From an uncultured delta proteobacterium (GTDB lineage Bacteria > Myxococcota_A > Polyangia > Fen-1088): a DNA stretch of 64,000 nucleotides. The notes under the pieces were generated by a model. That model had not been told where the DNA came from, searched no databases, and saw only the letters and a program-made list of their open reading frames with translations. The DNA is taken from NCBI GenBank assembly GCA_963755125.1, contig CAVWIP010000015.1, positions 343,133 through 407,132 on the forward strand, given 5' to 3'. This document shows, one piece after another, positions 10,570 to 19,245 of this stretch; the first letter of the stretch is position 1; each line of letters begins with the position of its first letter. The position numbers and the translations under genes are program-made.

Positions 10570-11742
10570 CTAGCCCTGCGCCGCTTGCAGCGCGCGCTGG
10601 AAAGCGGGCAAGGCACGTTCGATGGTGTCGAGCGGCACGGTCAGGGACAGCCTGATGAAGCCGCTGCGGCCGAAGCCCGCGCCAGGAACCGCCAGCACGC
10701 CCTGCTTGACCAGCAGACCCACGAACGCCACGTCGTCGGGAATGGGCGTCTTGAGAAAGACGTAGTAGCCACCCTCGGGCTTGCTCACTTCATAGCCAGC
10801 CGCGCTCAAGCCGGCGCACAGCACGTCGCGCTTGTGCTGGTAAGCGGTTGCGTCCACGCAGGCATCGGCCGCTTCGGCCATGACCAGTTGCCACAGTGCC
10901 GGGGCGTTCACGAACCCAAGCGTTCGGTTGGCGAAAGTGCAGGCCGCCGCCATCGCCGGCCAGTCAGGCAGGCGCGGCGACAGTGCGAGAAACCCGATGC
11001 GCTCACCCGCCAGGGCCTGCGCCTTGGACCAGGAAAAGCAGATGGCAGTTTGTGAAATCAGCGAGGCCACTTCGGCCTGCTTGCCGCCGTCGTAGACCAG
11101 GCTCTTGTAGGGCTCGTCGCTGATGACCAGGGGTGGGTTAGGCAAACGCGCGAGCATGGCTTCCAGATCGCGCAGCAGCGCCGCGGGATAGACGCGGCCG
11201 GAAGGATTGTTGGGCGTGTTCAGGATGATGCCGCGGGTGCGCGGAGTGATGGCCGCGGCGATGCGGTCGACATCGGGCAGGCACCCGGCGTCGGTTTCGA
11301 CCACCACCACGCGGCCGCCGTGATTGGCCACGTAGAAGGGATACTCGGCGAAGTAAGGGGCCAGCAAAATGACCTCGTCGCCCGGGTCGAGAATCGATTT
11401 CAGGATGACGTTGCAGGCGGCTGCCGCGCCCGAGGTCATGCACACGTGCTCCGCGGCAAAAGGCAGTCCGACTTCCCGGCGCAACTTGTCCGCGATAGCC
11501 GCGCGCACTTCGGGAAAGCCCGGGTTGGGCATGTAGCCGTGGCTGTGCAGCCGGCCTTCTGCCACCACCCGGCGCAAGGTCGCCAGGGTCAGGGCAGGTG
11601 GTTCGACCTCGGGATTGCCGAGGGTGAAGTCGAAGATGTTGGCCTCGCCGCGCTCCTTCTTCAGGCGCGCGCCCTCCTCGAACATGCGCCGGATCCACGA
11701 GGCGCGTTCAAGCTGTAGGGCGATGCACCTCGCGACAGCCAT
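10570..11742 (-). CDS. PLP-dependent class I aminotransferase (aspartate/aromatic)
   Basis: SWIRRMFEEG, DFTLGNP, NTPNNPSG, ISDEPY, SWSK (PLP lysine), LAGERIG, VPGAGFG. Confidence 0.92.
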   Translation of the reverse strand: MAVARCIALQLERASWIRRMFEEGARLKKERGEANIFDFTLGNPEVEPPALTLATLRRVVAEGRLHSHGYMPNPGFPEVRAAIADKLRREVGLPFAAEHVCMTSGAAAACNVILKSILDPGDEVILLAPYFAEYPFYVANHGGRVVVVETDAGCLPDVDRIAAAITPRTRGIILNTPNNPSGRVYPAALLRDLEAMLARLPNPPLVISDEPYKSLVYDGGKQAEVASLISQTAICFSWSKAQALAGERIGFLALSPRLPDWPAMAAACTFANRTLGFVNAPALWQLVMAEAADACVDATAYQHKRDVLCAGLSAAGYEVSKPEGGYYVFLKTPIPDDVAFVGLLVKQGVLAVPGAGFGRSGFIRLSLTVPLDTIERALPAFQRALQAAQG

Positions 11743-12173
11743 CAGCGGTTGAACAGATCGTTCTTCGCCAGCACGTTGATGCCGCCGGCCTGCAGGCACT
11801 GGATGGCCGCGTCGGGATCATCGAAGCGGAAGATGAGCACGGCCCGCTCGCCGTGACCGAAGGGAAAGGCGTACATGTACTCGATGTTGATCCGGGTTCG
11901 CTCGAAGACGGACAGGATCTTGGCCAGCCCGCCCGGGCGATCCTCCACTTCCACTGCCAGCACCTCGGTGGACTTGACCACGTAGCCCGCCGCCGTGAGT
12001 ACCTGCGTGGCCCGGGCCGGGTCGGACACGATGATGCGCAAGATCCCGAAGTGCTGCGTGTCCGCAACCGACAGGGCCCGGAGGTCGACGCCGTTTTCCG
12101 CCAGCAGGCGGCAGGGCGCGGCGATGTGGCCCGGCTTGTTTTCCGCGAAAATCGAGAGTTGTTGAATTTTCAT
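11742..12173 (-). CDS. Tandem ACT-domain protein
   Basis: MKIQQLSIFAENKPG...LSVADTQHFGILR...EDRPGGL...INIEYMYAF; the usual neighbour of paaK/ior genes. Confidence 0.9.
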   Translation of the reverse strand: MKIQQLSIFAENKPGHIAAPCRLLAENGVDLRALSVADTQHFGILRIIVSDPARATQVLTAAGYVVKSTEVLAVEVEDRPGGLAKILSVFERTRINIEYMYAFPFGHGERAVLIFRFDDPDAAIQCLQAGGINVLAKNDLFNR

Positions 12174-13504
12174 GTCTGGCCTCGCTTGTCGATGACCCGC
12201 TTCGCCTTGCCTTCGCTGCGTTGGATGGTTTGCGGTTCCACCAGCGTGATCTTGATGCGGATGCCGAGCACCCGCTCCAGCGTCTCGGCCAGCTTCTCCT
12301 CCAGCGCCTCCAGCGCGCCCACCCGATCGCTGAACACCTGGGCCGTGACCTCGACCTGCACCTCGACCTGGTCCAGGCCGTGCTCGCGCGTGAGGATGAT
12401 CTGGTAGTGGGGCAGGGTGCCTTCCACCTCCAGCAGCACGCTCTCGATCTGCGACGGGTACACGTTGACGCCGCGGACAATCAGCATGTCGTCGCTGCGT
12501 CGGCCGATGCGGCGCATGCGCCGCAAAGTGCGGCCGCAGGCGCAACCCCCGGGGATGAGAGCCGTGATGTCGCGCGTGCGGTAGCGGATCATGGGCATGG
12601 CCCACTTGGACAGGGTGGTCAGCACCAGTTCGCCCTCTTGCCCGTTGGGCAGCACGCGTCCGCTGTCGGGATCGATGATCTCGGGGTAGAAGTGATCCTC
12701 GAAAATGTGCAGGCCGTCGTGGCACGGGCACTCGATGGCCACGCCCGGGCCGATGATTTCCGAGAGGCCGTAGATGTCGAAGGCCTGGATGCCGCTCGCG
12801 CTCTCGATGTGCCGTCGCATGGAATCGGTCCAGGGCTCGGCGCCGAACACGCCCACCCGCAGGGGCAGCGATTTGAGGTCCACGCCCAACTGGGACGCGC
12901 GGTCGATGATGTGCAGAAAGTAGGTGGGCGTGCAGCAGATGGCGGTGGCGCCAAAATCCTTCATCACCATGATCTGCCGGTCGGTGTTGCCGCCGGAAAT
13001 GGGAATCACGGCGGCGCCGATGCCCTCGGCCCCGTAGTGCGCCCCCAAGCCGCCGGTGAAAAGCCCGTAGCCATAGGCGTTCTGCACGATGTCGCCCTCG
13101 TGCACGCCGCAGGCGGCAAGGCTGCGCACCATCACCGAGGTCCACACCTCGACGTCTTGCTTGGTGTAGGCGACCACGATGGGCTTGCCGGTGGTCCCGC
13201 TGGAGGCGTGTACGCGCACCACATCGCGCAGCGAAGTCGCGAACAGACCGAAGGGATAGGTGTCGCGCAAGTCGGCCTTGCTGGTAAAGGGCAGGCGCGC
13301 GACATCGTCGAGGGTTCGGATGTCAGCCGGCACCAGCTTGAGGCTCTGCATGCGCTGGCGGAACAGCTCCACGCGTTCGGTGGCGTGGGCCACGATGGCC
13401 TGCACCCGATCGAGCTGCAGCTTGCGCAGCAGGGGCGCGGGCACGAAATCGGGCGCGCTGGCCGGATGGTAGGTCGGCTTTCGGTCTTGCGAGGGCGAGG
13501 TCAT
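12170..13504 (-). CDS. paaK: Phenylacetate (arylacetate)-CoA ligase
   Basis: LPFTSKADLRDTYPFG, HASSGTTGKP, YGYGLFTGGLG, GAEPW, DIYGLSE, RYRTRD, GRRSDDMLIVRGVNVYPSQIE. Confidence 0.95.
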   Translation of the reverse strand: MTSPSQDRKPTYHPASAPDFVPAPLLRKLQLDRVQAIVAHATERVELFRQRMQSLKLVPADIRTLDDVARLPFTSKADLRDTYPFGLFATSLRDVVRVHASSGTTGKPIVVAYTKQDVEVWTSVMVRSLAACGVHEGDIVQNAYGYGLFTGGLGAHYGAEGIGAAVIPISGGNTDRQIMVMKDFGATAICCTPTYFLHIIDRASQLGVDLKSLPLRVGVFGAEPWTDSMRRHIESASGIQAFDIYGLSEIIGPGVAIECPCHDGLHIFEDHFYPEIIDPDSGRVLPNGQEGELVLTTLSKWAMPMIRYRTRDITALIPGGCACGRTLRRMRRIGRRSDDMLIVRGVNVYPSQIESVLLEVEGTLPHYQIILTREHGLDQVEVQVEVTAQVFSDRVGALEALEEKLAETLERVLGIRIKITLVEPQTIQRSEGKAKRVIDKRGQT

Positions 13505-13980
13505 GGGTTCTTTCCGATGGCGAAGGCCTGCAGGTTGGCGGCGTGCAGTTTCTCGGGCAGGGCGGCCCTGATGGCCGCGTGCCAGAGATTGTCTGCAAGA
13601 TCGAGGTGGCGAGCAAGCACTCCGAGCAAGGCCACGTTCAGGCTGCGTTTGTTGGCCAGACGCGCCTCGTCGACCAGGCCCGGGTGAATCAGGACTCCGC
13701 CCGCCTTGAGCACCGGCCGCGCCACCTCGACCTGGCTTGCGGCCAGGACCACCAGGAAATCCGCCTCGCCCGTCGGCACCATGGGCGAGAAGACACGTTC
13801 GCCGAAGCGCACGTCGCTGGAGACCGAGCCACCCCGCTGGCTCATGCCGTGAATCTCGCTCTTCTTCACGTCCCGTCCCGCGCGAAATGCCGCGTCCGCC
13901 AGGATGCCCGAGGCCTTGAGGACGCCCTGTCCGCCCAGGCCAGCCACCACCACGTTGACCACGGCGCTACTTTCCTGCAT
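13501..13980 (-). CDS. iorB: Indolepyruvate:ferredoxin oxidoreductase beta subunit
   Basis: AGLGGQGVL, SEIHGMSQRGGSV, SPMVPTGEADF, NVALLG, NLQAF. Confidence 0.92.
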   Translation of the reverse strand: MQESSAVVNVVVAGLGGQGVLKASGILADAAFRAGRDVKKSEIHGMSQRGGSVSSDVRFGERVFSPMVPTGEADFLVVLAASQVEVARPVLKAGGVLIHPGLVDEARLANKRSLNVALLGVLARHLDLADNLWHAAIRAALPEKLHAANLQAFAIGKNP

Positions 13981-15571
13981 TGGCTTTCTTCTCCCGGATC
14001 TTGATGGCGCCCGCAGCCAGCAAACACGGCCGGCGCGCGATGATCACCGACAGCTCGTCGCGGCCCAGGGCGTCGCGCAGCACGCGCGTGATGGCGTCCG
14101 AGTCGGCAATGGGGTCGACGATGAGCACGTTCTTGATGCCCAGCATGCGCGCCAGATCCTCGAACACCACGCGGCCGGTTGGCTCGTGGTCGAGCCGGCG
14201 TCCAGTGCCCGGGTGTTCCTGCATCCCGGTCATGGCCGTGGTGCCATTGTCGAGGATGACCAGCACGTGCCCCGTGGCCGGCGGGTTGTAGACCATTTCC
14301 ACCAGGCCGGTGATTCCGCTGTGCACGAAGGTGGAATCGCCGATCACGCTGACCACCTTGCGCGCTTGCTCGGGCGGCAGGCTGTGGCGCAGGCCCAGGC
14401 CCACCCCGATGGCCGCGCCCATGCACACGCAGGTGTCCATGGCGGAAAAAGGCGGCAGCACGCCCAGGGTGTAGCAGCCGATGTCGCCGGCCACGATGCA
14501 GCCCAGATCGCGCAGCGCCTCGAACACGTTTCGGTGCGGACAGCCCGGGCACAGCTCGGGCGGCTTGCCCGCCGGCAGCGCCGGCTCGGGCGAAACATCG
14601 CCGGCCACGATCCGGCGCACGCGGCTGACGTTCAGCTCGCCGAAACGGTACATCTCGGGCTTCTGCTCGACCGCGATGCCGGCCGTGCGCGCGGCTTCGT
14701 ACAGGTACGGATCGCCCTCTTCCACCACCAGGCAACGATCCACGCTGGCGGCGAAGCGGCGCATGGTCTCGATGGGCAGGGGATAGGAAAGGCCGATCTT
14801 GAGCACGCGCGCCTGCGGCGCGGCCTCTCGCACGTGCTGGTAGGAAATCCCCGACGTGACGATCCCCAAGGCTCGCCCACCGTCGATAATTTGGGTGGGG
14901 CCATCGGTTTCATTCCAGGTCGCGATTTCAGCCAGCTTGGCGCGCAGGCGGTGGTGCGCGGGCCGCGCGTAGGCCGGGATCATCACCCGGCCGGGAACGT
15001 CGCGCACGAAACTCGGGGCTGGCGCGGGCCCGAGCTGACCCTTGGTCTGCACCAGGGTCGCCGAGTGACACACGCGCGTGGTCATGCGCAGAAGCACCGG
15101 CACGTGCCAGCGCTCGGAGATCGCGATGGCGAGCAGGGTGAAGTCGTAGGCATCCTGCGAGTCGGACGGCTCCAGCATGGGCACGCCAGCCGCCACGGCG
15201 AAGCGGCGGTTGTCCTGCTCGTTCTGGCTGGAGGCCATGCCCGGATCGTCGGCCGACACGATCGCCAGGCCGCCGGTCACGCCGGTGTAGGCGACCGTGA
15301 ACAGAGGGTCGGCCGCCACGTTCAGGCCCACGTGCTTCATGGTGACCAGGGCGCGCGCACCCGCAAACGCGGCGCCGATGCCGACCTCCAGCGCTACCTT
15401 CTCGTTGGGCGCCCACTGCGCCCGGCCGCCCAAAGCGTCGAATGCCTCAAGAATTTCCGTCGACGGCGTACCTGGATAGCCGGTGCCGAGCGCCACGCCG
15501 GCGTCAAGCGCAGCCTGGGCCACGGCTTCGTTGCCGCTCGCGAGTCGGCGTTCGGAATTGTGCTGGGGCAT
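13967..15571 (-). CDS. iorA: Indolepyruvate:ferredoxin oxidoreductase alpha subunit (no C-terminal ferredoxin domain visible)
   Basis: SGNEAVA, GYPGTPSTEI, NEKVALE, MKHVGLNVAAD, SSQNEQD, LCPGCPH, GDIGCYTLG, TPP motif GDSTFVHSG...LDNGTTAMTG. Confidence 0.94.
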   Translation of the reverse strand: MPQHNSERRLASGNEAVAQAALDAGVALGTGYPGTPSTEILEAFDALGGRAQWAPNEKVALEVGIGAAFAGARALVTMKHVGLNVAADPLFTVAYTGVTGGLAIVSADDPGMASSQNEQDNRRFAVAAGVPMLEPSDSQDAYDFTLLAIAISERWHVPVLLRMTTRVCHSATLVQTKGQLGPAPAPSFVRDVPGRVMIPAYARPAHHRLRAKLAEIATWNETDGPTQIIDGGRALGIVTSGISYQHVREAAPQARVLKIGLSYPLPIETMRRFAASVDRCLVVEEGDPYLYEAARTAGIAVEQKPEMYRFGELNVSRVRRIVAGDVSPEPALPAGKPPELCPGCPHRNVFEALRDLGCIVAGDIGCYTLGVLPPFSAMDTCVCMGAAIGVGLGLRHSLPPEQARKVVSVIGDSTFVHSGITGLVEMVYNPPATGHVLVILDNGTTAMTGMQEHPGTGRRLDHEPTGRVVFEDLARMLGIKNVLIVDPIADSDAITRVLRDALGRDELSVIIARRPCLLAAGAIKIREKKANAGK

Positions 15572-15647
15572 GAAACTTCAGCCTCGAAAAGTTAGTTTTG
15601 TCCTGTCTAGCCTCCGACGGCAAGGGGGTAGGGCAGCCAGCAACCGG

Positions 15648-15683
15648 TTGCATCACGCATCGTCATGAGGCACAATGATGCAA
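15648..15683 (+). promoter_or_regulatory. Sigma-70-like promoter with an inverted-repeat operator for the vapBC locus
   Basis: TTGCAT-N17-CACAAT. Inverted repeat TTGCATCA (15648-15655) / TGATGCAA (15676-15683) flanks it, 8 nt before the antitoxin ATG. Confidence 0.65.
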
Positions 15684-15691
15684 GGTGAGGC

Positions 15692-15952
15692 ATGAAGGCA
15701 ATCACGGTCAGAAACCTGCCTCCTGCGGTCGCGCGCACCATCCGTGAGCGTGCGTCGAAAGAGGGCATCAGCACCAACAGAGCGGTCATCTCCCTGCTGG
15801 AGGAGGCGACCGGCCGCAAGCGACCGCGGGTTGTGGCGCCGCTGCATCACGAACTGGACGTCCTCGCCGGCGCCTGGAGCCGCGAGGAATCGCTTGAGTT
15901 TGAGCGTGCGTTGCACGCGCAGCGGACCGTAGACCCGGAACTGTGGAAGTGA
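15692..15952 (+). CDS. Ribbon-helix-helix antitoxin (FitA/VapB-like)
   Basis: MKAITVRNLPPAVARTIRERASKEGISTNRAVISLL; C-terminal LAGAWS...VDPELWK; GTGA overlap with the PIN gene. Confidence 0.85.
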   Translation: MKAITVRNLPPAVARTIRERASKEGISTNRAVISLLEEATGRKRPRVVAPLHHELDVLAGAWSREESLEFERALHAQRTVDPELWK

Positions 15953-16764
15953 CCCGCATTCTGGCCGACACCTCTGCCTACTCGGCCTTCTTCAGGGGGC
16001 ATGCCGGCGTCAAGGCGCTGTTTCAGAAGGTCGATGAGATCGTCCTTAGCCCGGTCGTGCTCGGAGAATTGCGGGCCGGCTTCATGGCAGGGGCACACCG
16101 TCGCAAGAACGAGCGCGAACTGGACCTATTCCTGAGATCGTCTCGGGTTTCCGTCGCGTCCCTCGACGAAGAAACCGCGGGGTGCTACGCGGCTGTTGTT
16201 CACGGCTTGCGCCTCGCGGGCACGCCTATCCCGACCAACGACATCTGGATCGCCGCCTCGGCGATGCAGCACGGCTTGCGGGTGATCACCACGGACCGAC
16301 ACTTCGCGAAGATCCCGCAGATCCTCTGCGATGTTCTGTCGAACGGACTAGCCTGTCCTGAGCAGCGCGCCCACCGCCCAGTCGTAGTCGGGCCGCGTGC
16401 CATCCCACAGGGGCAGGTTGCTGTCCGCCCCAAGGTCCAGCCCGCGGTCGCCAGCCCATTCGTGCAACGACTCGAGCGTGCGCAGGACCAAGTCCGCCTC
16501 GTCAGGCGCCAGCACGATTTCCAGCTTCACCATTCCGCCTGGCAGGTTCCGCCGCCGAACGCTCCGTTCCTCGGCCGCCACGACTTCGTCAGGTGCCAGC
16601 GCGCGACGGTAACCACGGCAAAGCCGTTCAAGCTGCGCGCCCGTGGCGACCACCGCCAGTTCCAGCAGCTTGGCCTCGGTTTCTGGCGCGGCCACGCGCG
16701 TGAGCGCCCGCGCCTTCGCGTACGACAGCGTGCCCACTCGCAGGGCCTCGTCGATTGCGGGTAG
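15949..16764 (+). CDS. vapC: PIN-domain VapC toxin; the native domain ends near 16350 and the frame reads through into the antisense strand of the DUF222 gene
   Basis: ILADTSAYS, VVLGEL, GTPIPTNDIWIAASAMQHG, TTDRHFAKIP. No stop codon until 16764. Confidence 0.85.
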   Translation: MTRILADTSAYSAFFRGHAGVKALFQKVDEIVLSPVVLGELRAGFMAGAHRRKNERELDLFLRSSRVSVASLDEETAGCYAAVVHGLRLAGTPIPTNDIWIAASAMQHGLRVITTDRHFAKIPQILCDVLSNGLACPEQRAHRPVVVGPRAIPQGQVAVRPKVQPAVASPFVQRLERAQDQVRLVRRQHDFQLHHSAWQVPPPNAPFLGRHDFVRCQRATVTTAKPFKLRARGDHRQFQQLGLGFWRGHARERPRLRVRQRAHSQGLVDCG

Positions 16765-16983
16765 CTTGCCCAGGGCGCGCGCCACACGCACCTTCTCGCG
16801 CGCAGTTGCGGAGTCCAGCCCGATACGCCAGGCCAGCCAGTGAGTGCACGAAGTCGCGCCCTGTTGGTGCCACCCGCCCGCCTCGTCGAACTCCCGGATA
16901 CAGGTCAGCAGCCTGTGCGTAGCCGCATCCAGGTGCGCCGCCAAATTCGCTATCTCCCGACTCAAATCCTCGACGGAAAACAT
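16348..16983 (-). CDS. DUF222 (13E12-like) protein, shortened, no HNH domain; possibly a pseudogene
   Basis: EIANLAAHLDAATHRLL...FDEAGGW...SCTHWLAWRIG...AREKVRVARALGKLP...GTLSYAKARALTRVA, joined to a C-terminal PLWDGTRPDYDWAVGALL. Only 211 aa. Confidence 0.75.
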   Translation of the reverse strand: MFSVEDLSREIANLAAHLDAATHRLLTCIREFDEAGGWHQQGATSCTHWLAWRIGLDSATAREKVRVARALGKLPAIDEALRVGTLSYAKARALTRVAAPETEAKLLELAVVATGAQLERLCRGYRRALAPDEVVAAEERSVRRRNLPGGMVKLEIVLAPDEADLVLRTLESLHEWAGDRGLDLGADSNLPLWDGTRPDYDWAVGALLRTG

Positions 16984-16991
16984 GACGCTAA

Positions 16992-17009
16992 GCTGAACAT
17001 ATGTTCAGC
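16992..17009. promoter_or_regulatory. LexA (SOS) box upstream of the DUF222 gene
   Basis: Perfect 18-bp palindrome GCTGAACATATGTTCAGC containing GAAC-N4-GTTC. It matches the Myxococcus LexA consensus CTRHAMRYBYGTTCAGS at 16 of 17 positions and lies 8 nt from the ATG. Confidence 0.8.
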
Positions 17010-17028
17010 AATCTTTGTCAAGGGGAAT

Positions 17029-17532
17029 CTACTTCTGCGCCTTGCGTTTCTCGAAAGCGTCCAGCCACTGGCGGCAACGCTTCTGCGTGGCAGCTAGCTG
17101 AGCGGGGGATAGCTTCGCTGCAACCTCGTCGCGAAACTGGATGTATTCCGGTTTCGCCTCCGTCCGCCCGTTCAAAGCCGCCAGCGGGCTGATCGGATCG
17201 AGCGTAACGGCGATGTTTGCCCAAAAGTATGCCTTCGCATAGTCCCGCCGGACGCCCCTGCCGCTGGAATATAGGGTAGCGAGATTGTACTGAGCTTCGG
17301 GAAAACCCTGGTCAGCGGCCTTGGTGTACCACTTCACGGCTTCTGCGTGATCCTGCGGAACACCTACGCCCATGTCGTACAACCAACCGAGGGCGGCCTG
17401 ATTCCAGGATTCACCCCGGGCAGCACCCTCTCGGTATCGGCGTACGTCCTCTGGCTGGTGAGGGAGCGGGGTTGGAGCATCTACAGCAGTCACTAGGGAC
17501 AGGAAAATCAAGGAGGCGAGTCCGAATCCCAT
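17029..17532 (-). CDS. Secreted Sel1-repeat protein
   Basis: Signal peptide; ALGWLYDMGVGVPQDHAEAVKWYTKAADQGFPEAQYNLATLYSSGRGVRRDYAKAYFW. Confidence 0.88.
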   Translation of the reverse strand: MGFGLASLIFLSLVTAVDAPTPLPHQPEDVRRYREGAARGESWNQAALGWLYDMGVGVPQDHAEAVKWYTKAADQGFPEAQYNLATLYSSGRGVRRDYAKAYFWANIAVTLDPISPLAALNGRTEAKPEYIQFRDEVAAKLSPAQLAATQKRCRQWLDAFEKRKAQK

Positions 17533-17897
17533 CTGGTCATCGCGTGGCCGCCGGCACTTTTTCGCAAGCCATCCAACTTGCTATGACGAACCGTACCAGG
17601 GTCCGAGAATAATCCGCCCCATCCTGATCCCGCGCATCCCCACGGATGGCCCGGCGGCCTCCCCGACAATTCCCCGCGCTGCCCGGCATTTCCGCCTACG
17701 AGGCCAATCATCGGGCAAAGGCCCATCCCTGGTAACCACAACAGTTGCCATCAACATGACCGAGAATCCCTATTTGTTTCCGCCGCGTATATTCCCGAGC
17801 ACGTATTGGTTTCGCCAGTATCTCTAACGGGCAAATTCTTGCTTGCCTACGCAACAGGGACTTTTCTTGGATTTGAACTATAGGCAACGTGGCGGAC

Positions 17898-19208
17898 ATG
17901 AATTCTGGCGATACCGCATGGCTCCTGGTTTCAACCGCACTCGTTCTTCTGATGGTGCCTGGCCTGGCCCTGTTCTATGGCGGACTGGTGCGCCCGAAGA
18001 ACGTGTTGTCGACCTACATGCACAGCTTCGTGGCTATGGGGTTGATCACGCTGCAGTGGGTGGCGTTCGGCTACTCGCTGGCTTTCGGGCCTGACCAGGG
18101 CGGCGTCATCGGCGGCTTTTCGTTCGCGTTCCTTCGCGGCGTGGGCCTGGAGCCGCGGCCAGGCATGACGATCCCGCACCTGGTGTTCATGGCGTATCAG
18201 ATGATGTTCGCCATCATCACGCCGGCGCTGATCTCGGGCGCCTTTGCCGAGCGCCTCAAGTTCTCGGCCTACGTTCTCTTCACGCTGTTGTGGAGCACGC
18301 TCATCTACGATCCGCTGGCCCACTGGATGTGGGCTGACGGCGGCTGGCTGCAGAAGCTGGGCGCACTCGATTTCGCGGGCGGGGTCGTGGTGCACGTCAG
18401 CTCGGGCTTCTCCGCGCTGGTCTTTGCCCTGGTGCTGGGCAAACGCCTGGGCTATCCGCGTGAGCGCATTCTGCCGCACAACCTGACCATGGTTCTTCTG
18501 GGCGCGGGTCTGCTCTGGTTCGGCTGGTTCGGCTTCAACGGCGGCAGCGCTCTGGCTGCCTCGGGCGTGGCTGCGCTGGCTCTGGTCAATTCGCAACTGG
18601 CCGCGGCCATGGGGGCCATGGTGTGGATGGTGGTGGACATCATTCGCTATGGCAAGGCCTCGGCCCTAGGATTTGCGTCCGGCTTCATCGCGGGCCTGGC
18701 CACGGTGACGCCGGCCTCGGGTTACGTCGGGCCCATGGGCGCGCTGGCCATCGGCGCTGCCGCGGGCTTGGCTTGCTACGGCGGCGTCATGCTCAAGGCC
18801 AAGCTCGGGTACGACGACACCCTGGACGCCTTCGGCGTTCACGGGGTGGGCGGCGCGATCGGTACCATTCTGCTGGGTGTGTTCGCCTTGCGCGTGTGGA
18901 ACCCGGCGGGCGCCGACGGTTTGATGACCGGCAACGCGGCCTTCTTTGGCAAGCAACTGCTCGCCGTGGGCGTTGGCATCGGCTACGCGGTGGTGGGCAC
19001 GTTCGTGCTGCTCAAGCTCGTCGACGCGGTCGTCGGTTTGCGAGTGGGCGCCGAGGAAGAACACGAAGGCCTGGACATCAATCTGCACGGCGAGGAGGGC
19101 TACAACATGGGTGTGGGCGTTTCGTCGCAAGGCCGCGCCGAGGTCTTTGCCGAAGCGGCGGTCGAGTCCGGGGCGGCGCTCGCCAAGCAGCCGGCATCGC
19201 TGGCGTAG
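17898..19208 (+). CDS. amtB: Ammonium transporter
   Basis: GDTAWLLVSTALVLLMVPGLALFYGG, YQMMFAIITPAL, DFAGGVVVH, LLWFGWFGFNGGS, DDTLDAFGVHGVGG, EEEHEGLD. Confidence 0.97.
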   Translation: MNSGDTAWLLVSTALVLLMVPGLALFYGGLVRPKNVLSTYMHSFVAMGLITLQWVAFGYSLAFGPDQGGVIGGFSFAFLRGVGLEPRPGMTIPHLVFMAYQMMFAIITPALISGAFAERLKFSAYVLFTLLWSTLIYDPLAHWMWADGGWLQKLGALDFAGGVVVHVSSGFSALVFALVLGKRLGYPRERILPHNLTMVLLGAGLLWFGWFGFNGGSALAASGVAALALVNSQLAAAMGAMVWMVVDIIRYGKASALGFASGFIAGLATVTPASGYVGPMGALAIGAAAGLACYGGVMLKAKLGYDDTLDAFGVHGVGGAIGTILLGVFALRVWNPAGADGLMTGNAAFFGKQLLAVGVGIGYAVVGTFVLLKLVDAVVGLRVGAEEEHEGLDINLHGEEGYNMGVGVSSQGRAEVFAEAAVESGAALAKQPASLA

Positions 19209-19245
19209 GCGACCTGGGGCTGTCCGATCTGCTACCCTCGTCGGC

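Noticed and set aside
12174..13145. Long N-terminal extension on the ACT protein; similar extensions on GNAT, nusB, hisC, ahpC, GH6 and DUF3795 ORFs
   Set aside because: Stop-poor alternative frames are expected in high-GC DNA. Recognisable homology begins at the downstream starts used in the feature list.
17827..17843. Sigma-54 promoter upstream of amtB (ACGGGCAAATTCTTGCT)
   Set aside because: GG-N10-GC spacing and TTGCT are present, but the -24 element deviates from TGGCAC. Plausible but too weak to call.
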